A stretch of DNA of 43,829 nucleotides from Sulfurospirillum sp. (lineage in GTDB: Bacteria; Campylobacterota; Campylobacteria; Campylobacterales; QNZT01), in assembly GCA_024762235.1 (NCBI GenBank), contig JANTHT010000003.1, forward strand, positions 1 to 43,829, given 5' to 3'. The position numbers were made by a program, and so were the translations under genes. Positions 12,450 to 20,107 of the stretch are shown here, piece by piece (position 1 is the first letter of the stretch; every line of letters begins with the position of its first letter). The notes beneath the pieces were generated by a model. The model was not told the DNA's origin, did not search any database, and saw only the letters and a program-made list of their open reading frames with translations.

Positions 12450-12539
12450 AGAGGGGTGTCCGAGCGGTTGAAGGAGCACGCCTGGAACGCGTGTATAGGG
12501 TCACACCTATCGTGGGTTCGAATCCCATCCCCTCTGCCA
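12450..12539 (+). tRNA. tRNA-Ser (anticodon GGA)
   Basis: Acceptor stem AGAGGGG/CCCCTCT plus GCCA; anticodon arm CACGC-CTGGAAC-GCGTG; long variable arm; GTGGG-TTCGAAT-CCCAT. Extended -10 TGATAAAAT at 12425-12433. Confidence 0.96.
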
Positions 12540-12626
12540 TCTTTCTAAAATATCAAATGACTTAACAGCATATTTTCCAATCGGATGAGAACCAAAAATT
12601 GGCTTCGGTACAGCGCAGCAAACCCC

Positions 12627-12654
12627 GTAACGCATTGCATGCAACTAGCGTTAC
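12627..12654. repeat. Palindromic element downstream of the tRNA
   Basis: GTAACGC a TTGCATGCAA cta GCGTTAC. Confidence 0.5.
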
Positions 12655-12677
12655 ACCACTTTTTAATGCCATAAAAC

Positions 12678-12726
12678 ATTACAAAATGAAATAAAATAAA
12701 AATAATATTTCAAAATGAATTATAAT
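12678..12726 (+). promoter_or_regulatory. dinB promoter with two 15-bp imperfect palindromes (putative operator)
   Basis: ATTACA-AAA-TGAAAT (12678-12692) and ATTTCA-AAA-TGAATT (12707-12721); TATAAT at 12721-12726; GAGGAG RBS. Confidence 0.55.
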
Positions 12727-12755
12727 TCCTCTTTTAAGTTCATGAGGAGTGACAC

Positions 12756-14033
12756 ATGCTGCTACATATGGATCTCGATACTTTTTTCGTATCTGCACAC
12801 AGAAGTCGTGATTTATCTCTCAATAACCGTCCTGTTGCGGTAGGCGGCAGAAGCAATCTGAAAATCTTCGAAAAAGAGAAGGTGGGTATCAAGCTGTATA
12901 ACAGCAATCATGGCGCTTTTGTCAACCCGGTCTTTTACAATGCCGGACAAAATGACTTTGAACGCTTTTTTGTGGATCACAGAGTCAAAGGAAACCGCAG
13001 GATCAGGGGAATTGTTGTTACTTCAAGCTATGAAGCGAGAGCCAGAGGGGTTAAAACGGGTATGCCTCTGGCACAGGCATTGCGTCTTTGTCCCGATATG
13101 GAGGTACTGGTGCCGGATTATCTGCTCTATCATGACCTTTCGCACAGGTTGCATCTGTTTCTAAAAGAGCAGATTCCGCAGGTCGAACAGTTCAGTATAG
13201 ACGAATTTTTCGGTGACCTTAACGGTTGGGTAGGCGAAGAGGAGGTTTTTGCCTATGCGGCGCATTTGAAAGCGCAGATATGGCATAGATTTCATCTTCC
13301 AATCTCTATTGGTATTTCTTCGGCGAAATGGATTGCCAAACTGGCTACCAAACATGCGAAACCCAACGGTATACATATGGTAAGGGAGGAGGAGATCCCT
13401 GCTTTTATCGAAGATGTGCCGATTCAGGAATTTCCGGGTATTGGACGGGGTTTTGCAAGACGTCTGGAGAAGCATTTCATCCGTACACTCGGCGAAGCGA
13501 GTCGTGCCAAAGAGCTCTTTTACAGTTGGAAAAAACCGGGAAGAGTGCTTTATCATCGTATTGTCGGTGATGACGGCGAAGGTGTCTCTTTCCGCAACGA
13601 CCGCAAATCGATCGGTATCAGCCGTACATTCGATCCCATCTGCGATAAAACAGAGGTGTTGCGCCGTGTGCTGATACTTGCGAGGCATATCGTATTTCTT
13701 GTTCTTCGTCACCGTGTCAATCCGACATCTTACTATCTCAAAATAAACTATGACAACGGTGTACGCATGAAGCAGCGCATTACCCAGGATCGCCTCTTCA
13801 GCGAACAACTCTGCAAAGAGACGTTTCAGACACTCTTCGCTGCGTGTGATACTTTCGGTGGATGTGCGACCAAAATCAGCATGTCGGTCAGTAACTTTAC
13901 CTATCAGAAACATGCGACTTTATCCCTGCTCGATTTCGACCGGGATCATCCATCCAACCGACTCTCACGGAGTCTGCAGCATCTGCGTGAAAAATATTCG
14001 CTCGATATCGTCAAGACAGGAGGTGAGTTATGA
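12756..14033 (+). CDS. dinB: Y-family DNA polymerase IV
   Basis: HMDLDTFFVS, SYEARARGVKTGM, FSIDEFF, SIGIS..KWIAKLA...AKPNG, FPGIG, RKSIGISRTF; C-terminal TLSLLDF resembles a clamp-binding motif. Confidence 0.93.
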   Translation: MLLHMDLDTFFVSAHRSRDLSLNNRPVAVGGRSNLKIFEKEKVGIKLYNSNHGAFVNPVFYNAGQNDFERFFVDHRVKGNRRIRGIVVTSSYEARARGVKTGMPLAQALRLCPDMEVLVPDYLLYHDLSHRLHLFLKEQIPQVEQFSIDEFFGDLNGWVGEEEVFAYAAHLKAQIWHRFHLPISIGISSAKWIAKLATKHAKPNGIHMVREEEIPAFIEDVPIQEFPGIGRGFARRLEKHFIRTLGEASRAKELFYSWKKPGRVLYHRIVGDDGEGVSFRNDRKSIGISRTFDPICDKTEVLRRVLILARHIVFLVLRHRVNPTSYYLKINYDNGVRMKQRITQDRLFSEQLCKETFQTLFAACDTFGGCATKISMSVSNFTYQKHATLSLLDFDRDHPSNRLSRSLQHLREKYSLDIVKTGGEL

Positions 14034-14341
14034 AACGTTCCACCAGAGAATTTCTCGAAGCACTGAGCCAGTTTTGCTATGTCAACAAAACCCCATATAC
14101 CTTTCACAATAAAACGCTGAAAAAGGATCAGAAATATCGCAAGGGCGTTGTACAGGTGTATGAGTGGGTTGATGAACTATGCTACTTCTACATGCAAAAG
14201 GAGAAAAGGCTCTATGATGAACTCCTTCTCTTGATACAGAAACGGTATCAGGAAGCCAAAGCGCTGCCTCCATCGTCACATCGCGAGGGGCTTCTGAAAG
14301 GTTTTGAAGATATTTTCACATGGATCAATCAGATTAAATAG
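14030..14341 (+). CDS. Hypothetical helical protein translationally coupled to dinB
   Basis: AGGAGGT RBS inside dinB, ATGA overlap, 103 aa. Confidence 0.8.
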   Translation: MKRSTREFLEALSQFCYVNKTPYTFHNKTLKKDQKYRKGVVQVYEWVDELCYFYMQKEKRLYDELLLLIQKRYQEAKALPPSSHREGLLKGFEDIFTWINQIK

Positions 14342-14411
14342 CATTTTTTTATCATATATTTAATTTATTCTGTTATTATCTATTTTAAAGTCAATAATCA
14401 AGGATAATGTT

Positions 14412-15164
14412 ATGTATATAAAATTAAGTCAGGCAACTCTTGCAGCAGTACTTCTGTTTAGCGGATGTGGCGGTGGAGGAAACGATACGGGAGTTTCATT
14501 CGATGCTACTGTCAACTACAAAACTTCTGCGGCATATGATTTTCTAAAATATATGATCCCCTCAACAAATGCGATCAATCTCTACAGCGTCGAAACATAT
14601 GAGAATAAAGATGGCGAGAAACGCTTCAAGGGCGATCCTGACAGATCCACATACTCCGAAAAGTATGATATCAACGGCACACAAATCACACTGCGCAATG
14701 GTCAGGATGAGATTGAGGAAATTTACGACATAAGGTCTGACCGTATCGTAGAGAAAGAGGATGCAAATACTAGTGGTATCGCTATCGCACGTTTTATTGA
14801 TCCGGGAGATTATATGGTCGTCAGTTCGACAAACAGGACGGAAGATAAAATTCCCATCGTTGATAAAGTCGCATGCAAATTTGTCAAACATATCGATACC
14901 AAAATGATAGACGACATAGAATATAGCGATATACTCGAACTCTCCTGTAAAAACAGTGCTGATGGTTCGAATGACGGTGCAAATATTTCAATCAAGTATC
15001 ACAAAGAGAGTAGCGAATCTCTCTATTTTGCAAAAGATATAGGCATGGTTGAATCCGAAACAGTTTCCTGTACAGATATCACGACTACACTGAATGGTCA
15101 GGAACAACATAATGCAAGTTGTGAAAAAGAGATTAAGAGACTCGTTTCTCACAATAAACTATAG
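14412..15164 (+). CDS. Hypothetical lipoprotein
   Basis: AAGGA RBS; lipobox LFSGC followed by GGGG; paired Cys; C-terminal LYFAKDIGMV. Confidence 0.82.
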   Translation: MYIKLSQATLAAVLLFSGCGGGGNDTGVSFDATVNYKTSAAYDFLKYMIPSTNAINLYSVETYENKDGEKRFKGDPDRSTYSEKYDINGTQITLRNGQDEIEEIYDIRSDRIVEKEDANTSGIAIARFIDPGDYMVVSSTNRTEDKIPIVDKVACKFVKHIDTKMIDDIEYSDILELSCKNSADGSNDGANISIKYHKESSESLYFAKDIGMVESETVSCTDITTTLNGQEQHNASCEKEIKRLVSHNKL

Positions 15165-15175
15165 CACTTATCCTA

Positions 15176-15217
15176 TACGTAGATCAAAAGGGTATAGCAT
15201 CCCTTGCGATCCGCGTA
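15176..15217. repeat. Imperfect stem-loop between the lipoprotein gene and hisF (possible terminator or REP-like)
   Basis: TACGTAGATCAAAAGGG tatagcat CCCTTGCGATCCGCGTA pairs with a few mismatches. Confidence 0.4.
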
Positions 15218-15311
15218 GAAGGCGGTTTTGCCTCACACATTTCTCAATCTCCTTTTATTCAGCATGTGATACTATCATAGCAATACAACTATATCAAACC
15301 AAAGAGTAATT

Positions 15312-16073
15312 ATGGACTATTTTGCAAAACGAATCATCCCCTGTCTGGATGTAGATAATGGACGGGTGGTCAAGGGTGTCAACTTTGTCGGTTTGCGCGA
15401 TGCAGGTGACCCGGTCGAAGTGGCTAAGCGTTACAACGAAGAGGGCGCGGATGAGTTGACTTTTCTGGATATCACAGCAAGTCATGAAAACCGGGATACG
15501 ATTGTCGATATCGTGAAAGAGGTTGCCAAAGAGGTCTTTATACCGTTGACGGTTGGCGGAGGCATACGTAAACTGGATGATATTTACAATCTGCTCAATG
15601 TAGGTTGTGATAAAGTCAGTGTCAATTCTGCTGCCATCAAAAACCCCGATTTTATCAACGAAGGGGCCAAACGTTTCGGTTCGCAATGCATCGTCGTTGC
15701 TATCGATGCAAAACGTACTGGAGAGAGTTGGCATATATTTCTCAACGGTGGACGTGTCGACACGGGTATCGATGCTGTCGAATGGGCGAAAGAGGCATAC
15801 GACAGGGGAGCAGGTGAGATACTGCTCACTTCGATGGATGCAGACGGTACCAAAGCCGGTTTTGACAACGCGCTCAACCGTACTGTCAGTGACGTCGTTC
15901 CTATTCCTGTGATCGCAAGTGGTGGTGCAGGTACGATGCAACACATTAAAGATGCCTTTGTAGAAGGACATGCCGACGCTGCACTGGCTGCTTCTATCTT
16001 CCATTTTCGGGAGATAGATATCATGGATCTGAAACGCTATCTGCATGCGCAACAGATTCCTGTAAGGATGTAG
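15312..16073 (+). CDS. hisF: Imidazole glycerol phosphate synthase cyclase subunit
   Basis: [46 protein letters not shown]. Confidence 0.97.
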   Translation: MDYFAKRIIPCLDVDNGRVVKGVNFVGLRDAGDPVEVAKRYNEEGADELTFLDITASHENRDTIVDIVKEVAKEVFIPLTVGGGIRKLDDIYNLLNVGCDKVSVNSAAIKNPDFINEGAKRFGSQCIVVAIDAKRTGESWHIFLNGGRVDTGIDAVEWAKEAYDRGAGEILLTSMDADGTKAGFDNALNRTVSDVVPIPVIASGGAGTMQHIKDAFVEGHADAALAASIFHFREIDIMDLKRYLHAQQIPVRM

Positions 16074-16076
16074 ACG

Positions 16077-16631
16077 ATGTTTGTCTGTGCAGGAAACAAT
16101 GAAACTTTTCCATTTGCTACGCCTATCGGAGTAGGCTTGATCGAAAGCGCGATGCATTTGACAAGGATGGCGCTTTTTGACAAACCTGAATTTCTAATCT
16201 TTATCGGTAGTGCAGGAAGCTATGGAAAGTATAAACCATTTGATATTGTCGAAACATCGGTTGCCTCAAATATCGAACTGGCATTTCTTGAGAACAGAGC
16301 ATACACCCCTCTCGATAATGTGATAGAAGCGTATCAGAAAGATAGTGACGTTTCACGTGAAACTAAAGATATTGTCAATTGTAGTAACTATATTTCAACT
16401 GATTTTAGTCTTGTGCAATCGTTCAGAAAATATAAGATTGAACTGGAAAATATGGAATTTTTTTCCGTTTTGAAAATTTCACAGGAGTTTAGTATCCCGG
16501 TGCTGGGGATATTTGTCGTGACAAATTACTGTAATGAAGCAGCGCATGAGGATTTTATAAAACATCATGAAGAGGCCAAACAGCAGTTAATGGCTTATGT
16601 AGTCAATAAATATAAAGCGTTGAAAAAGTGA
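16077..16631 (+). CDS. Purine/nucleoside phosphorylase-like protein
   Basis: [26 protein letters not shown] match the PNP/MTAN fold. Confidence 0.75.
   Translation: MFVCAGNNETFPFATPIGVGLIESAMHLTRMALFDKPEFLIFIGSAGSYGKYKPFDIVETSVASNIELAFLENRAYTPLDNVIEAYQKDSDVSRETKDIVNCSNYISTDFSLVQSFRKYKIELENMEFFSVLKISQEFSIPVLGIFVVTNYCNEAAHEDFIKHHEEAKQQLMAYVVNKYKALKK
16349..16364. other. parS centromere-like site (intragenic)
   Basis: CGTTTCACGTGAAACT versus consensus TGTTTCACGTGAAACA; encodes VSRET. Confidence 0.88.
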
Positions 16632-17698
16632 AAAATACTATACTCGATTATACGAAAGAGGAGCTTTCTGATATCGTCAAACCGTCGTTCAGAGCCAAAC
16701 AGATCTTCAACTGGGTTTATCAACACTATGTAGATGATTTTGAAGAGATGAAAAATCTTCCAAAGGATCTCAGAAAAGCGTTAGAAGATAAGTATATCAT
16801 CAATCCTTTGACTATCGTACGTAAAGAGGTGAGTAGCGACGGGAGTATCAAGTACCTTTTTGCATGTCAGGATGGTTATACGGTAGAGACAGTACTGCTT
16901 CCTATGAAAAAGGAGGAGAGAGATGAAACAGGCAAGGTCAAAAAAGAGACAAAATATACCATTTGTGTATCGAGTCAGGTAGGATGTAAAATCGGCTGCG
17001 CTTTTTGTCTGACTGCTAAAGGCGGGTTCAAACGAAACCTGACACCGGGTGAGATTGTGGCGCAGGTACTGTCACTCAAAAAAGATCAGAATATTGCACC
17101 CAACAGACGTCTGAATATCGTCTATATGGGGATGGGTGAACCACTTGATAATCTGGAAAATGTTTCGAAGGCAGTTTCAATATTCAAAGAGTTGGATGGA
17201 CTCGCAATCGGTGCCAGACGGCAAACGATTTCGACCAGCGGACTGAGTCACCAGATTGCAAAACTCGGAGATATGGATTTGGGTGTTCTGCTGGCGATAT
17301 CTCTGCATGCTGTCGATGACAGACTCAGGGAACAACTGATGCCGATCAACAAAGCCTATAATATTGAATCGATTATCAAAGCTGTCAAAGCGTTTCCGAT
17401 CGATCAGCGCAAACGTGTCATGTTTGAATATCTGGTGATGAAAGATCTCAATGACGATCTCAACAGTGCAAAAAAACTGGTCAAACTGCTACATGGCATC
17501 AAAGCAAAAGTGAACCTGATATATTTCAATCCCTATCCCGGATCGCCTTTTCAAAGACCGGATGAAAAAACGATGGAAAAATTCAAGGCATATCTGAATG
17601 ATCATGGCATCACTTGTACGATTCGTCAGTCAAAAGGTCTCGATATAAGTGCAGCATGTGGACAACTCAAGGAGAAAAGCAAAGATGAAATTGGTTGA
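16628..17698 (+). CDS. rlmN: Radical SAM 23S rRNA m2A2503/tRNA methyltransferase
   Basis: [35 protein letters not shown]. Confidence 0.96.
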   Translation: MKNTILDYTKEELSDIVKPSFRAKQIFNWVYQHYVDDFEEMKNLPKDLRKALEDKYIINPLTIVRKEVSSDGSIKYLFACQDGYTVETVLLPMKKEERDETGKVKKETKYTICVSSQVGCKIGCAFCLTAKGGFKRNLTPGEIVAQVLSLKKDQNIAPNRRLNIVYMGMGEPLDNLENVSKAVSIFKELDGLAIGARRQTISTSGLSHQIAKLGDMDLGVLLAISLHAVDDRLREQLMPINKAYNIESIIKAVKAFPIDQRKRVMFEYLVMKDLNDDLNSAKKLVKLLHGIKAKVNLIYFNPYPGSPFQRPDEKTMEKFKAYLNDHGITCTIRQSKGLDISAACGQLKEKSKDEIG

Positions 17699-17783
17699 TC
17701 TGTTCCAGATTATATTTCTGGTTCTGGTGGTAGGTTTCGCACTGTTCGGTATCATAAAAGCTGTTTTTTATGACAAAGATTGA
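17685..17783 (+). CDS. Small single-pass membrane protein (32 aa), absent from the ORF track
   Basis: AAGGAG at 17669-17674; [32 protein letters not shown]. Confidence 0.6.
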   Translation: MKLVDLFQIIFLVLVVGFALFGIIKAVFYDKD

Positions 17784-18666
17784 TCTGCTCTAAGAAGTCG
17801 ATTTTCGAGACTATTTTAAATCTGTTACCATAGGAGAAATCGATCCAGTTTGCCTGGAGCATGAGTCGTTTTGCGCCGGTAAGTCTGATGCGCTCTTCCT
17901 CTGTCATGATGCCATCCAGATATCTTGCGGCATCATGTGCACTGATACCGTAGATAGGATCCCCAACGATAGGGTGTTCCACGTGAAACAGATGGAGTCG
18001 TATCTGATGTTGGCGTCCTGTCAGAGGCATGGCTTCAACGAGCGTTATATCATTCTCTTTGAAATAGCGCAGAGGTGTGATATGTGTTTGTGAAGGTTTG
18101 CCTTCCGGGTGTATGTAAACTTTGAGTTTTACTTCGGAAAAGTCACTGTTTTTGAGTATCGGTTCGTCGATAAAGAGTTCGCTTTCGACTCTGCCATGTA
18201 CGTAGGCGAGATACCCCTTTTTGATTTCACGTGCTTCAAATGCGCCCTTTATTTTGCGTTCCGCTTTTCGGTTTTTCGCAACGATCACCAGACCGCTGGT
18301 CTCTTTGTCTATGCGGTGGGTGATGTTCGCTTTGGGTCCGAAAAGGTACTTCACTTCATGTGTGAGTGAATAGTCTGTTTGATGGCTGTTGGGATGTATC
18401 AAGACACCGCTTGGTTTGTCGAAAAGTGCAAAATCGGGTGTCTGAAATATCGGGAGGAGGTTTTGGGAGTTTGGTACAAACTGGACGATGCCGATATCTC
18501 CGGATATGTAGGCGGATTTTCTGGTAAGTTTTCTGCCGTTGACGATGACTCTTTTGCGGTCTACCAGACGTTGTGCTTCTTTCATGGAAAAGCCCAGTTC
18601 ATGAATCAAAAACTGAAAAGCTTTAACTTTTCTTTTGAGTTGATATTGCATTATTTTGTAGGACAT
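17752..18666 (-). CDS. RluA-family pseudouridine synthase
   Basis: DKPSGVLIHP, HRIDKETSG, TGRQHQIRLH, HPIVGDPIYG. Confidence 0.93.
   Translation of the reverse strand: MSYKIMQYQLKRKVKAFQFLIHELGFSMKEAQRLVDRKRVIVNGRKLTRKSAYISGDIGIVQFVPNSQNLLPIFQTPDFALFDKPSGVLIHPNSHQTDYSLTHEVKYLFGPKANITHRIDKETSGLVIVAKNRKAERKIKGAFEAREIKKGYLAYVHGRVESELFIDEPILKNSDFSEVKLKVYIHPEGKPSQTHITPLRYFKENDITLVEAMPLTGRQHQIRLHLFHVEHPIVGDPIYGISAHDAARYLDGIMTEEERIRLTGAKRLMLQANWIDFSYGNRFKIVSKIDFLEQINLCHKKQLL
17975..17990. other. parS centromere-like site (intragenic)
   Basis: TGTTCCACGTGAAACA; encodes LFHVEH on the minus strand. Confidence 0.9.
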
Positions 18667-18778
18667 GCATTAAAGCCTTTTTAACAGATTTTTAATCGGA
18701 TTTGATATAGTATCTAATATATAAAGAAGTTAGATTATCTCAAAAAATTTATAAAATACTGAAAGACAGGAAATTGTT

Positions 18779-20107
18779 ATGGTTGAGCGTTACGCGCGTG
18801 AAGAGATGAAATCCAAATGGACACAGCAGGCGAAATATGATGCCTGGCTCAAAGTCGAACTGGCAGCGGTGAAGGCATGGAACAAGCTGGGGCTCGTTCC
18901 CGATGAGGATTGTAAAAAGATTGTTGAAAATGCAAAGTTCGATGTGGAGCGAATCGACGAGATCGAAAAAGTGACACGCCATGACGTGATCGCATTTTTG
19001 ACCAGTGTCTCCGAGTCACTGGGAGAAGAGAGCAGGTGGGTGCACTACGGCATGACCAGTTCAGATTGTATCGATACAGCCGTAGCGTTACAGATGAGAG
19101 ATTCTCTGAAGATTGTTCTCGATGATGTGAAGATGGTGATGGAGTCGTTGAAAAAGAGGGCGATGGAACATAAAATGACATTGATGGTCGGACGCAGTCA
19201 CGGCATTCACGGTGAGCCTATCACATTTGGTCTGGTACTGGCGATCTGGTATGACGAGATGCGCAGAAATCTCGAAAACCTGGAACAGGCGATGGAAGTG
19301 ATCTCTGTAGGTAAAATCAGCGGCGCGATGGGTAACTTTGCGCATGCACCGATGGAGCTGGAAGAGTTGGTCTGTGAAGCGCTCGGTCTCAAACCCGCAC
19401 CGGTCTCCAACCAGGTGGTACAGCGTGATCGCTACGCCAACCTCATGAACGCACTGGCACTGCTCGCATCGTCAGCCGAAAAGATCGCCGTCAACATACG
19501 CCACTATCAGCGTACGGAGGTTTACGAGGCAGAGGAGTATTTTGCGAAAGGGCAGAAGGGATCGTCGGCGATGCCGCATAAAAGAAATCCGGTACTATCC
19601 GAAAATATCACCGGTCTGAGCCGTGTGATACGCAGTATGGCGATGCCGGCGTTGGAAAATGTTGCCCTCTGGCACGAAAGAGATATCAGCCACTCGAGCG
19701 TGGAGCGATTTATACTGCCGGACGGTTTTGTGACGACAGACTTCATGCTACACAGACTCAACGGAGTGATCGAAAAACTGGTTGTCTATCCGGAAAACAT
19801 GATGAAAAATCTCAACCTGACAGGTGGACTGGTCTTTTCACAGCGCGTGTTACTGGAACTTCCCAAACAGGGGCTCTCCAGGGAAGAGGCGTACAAGATC
19901 GTCCAGCGAAATGCGATGAAAGTGTGGGAAGACCTGCAGCAGGGGAAATCCGCGCTCAACGAAAAGGGAGAGAGCCTCTATCTGCAGCATCTTCTGGACG
20001 ATGAAGAGCTGCGAGAGAAACTTAGCGAAGAGAAGATACGCGAATGTTTCGACTACAGCTATTACACGAAAAACGTAGATAAAATCTTTGACAGGGTATT
20101 TAAATGA
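18779..20107 (+). CDS. purB: Adenylosuccinate lyase
   Basis: TRHDV, HYGMTSSD, GRSHGIH, GSSAMPHKRNP, WHERDISHSS. Confidence 0.97.
   Translation: MVERYAREEMKSKWTQQAKYDAWLKVELAAVKAWNKLGLVPDEDCKKIVENAKFDVERIDEIEKVTRHDVIAFLTSVSESLGEESRWVHYGMTSSDCIDTAVALQMRDSLKIVLDDVKMVMESLKKRAMEHKMTLMVGRSHGIHGEPITFGLVLAIWYDEMRRNLENLEQAMEVISVGKISGAMGNFAHAPMELEELVCEALGLKPAPVSNQVVQRDRYANLMNALALLASSAEKIAVNIRHYQRTEVYEAEEYFAKGQKGSSAMPHKRNPVLSENITGLSRVIRSMAMPALENVALWHERDISHSSVERFILPDGFVTTDFMLHRLNGVIEKLVVYPENMMKNLNLTGGLVFSQRVLLELPKQGLSREEAYKIVQRNAMKVWEDLQQGKSALNEKGESLYLQHLLDDEELREKLSEEKIRECFDYSYYTKNVDKIFDRVFK

Noticed and set aside
12540-15300. Active integrative element or prophage at tRNA-Ser
   Set aside because: I found no integrase, phage genes or direct repeat of the tRNA 3' end.
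18223-18238. Possible third parS site (GATTTCACGTGCTTCA); also GATTTCACATGAAGTG at 7561
   Set aside because: Too many mismatches in one half-site.
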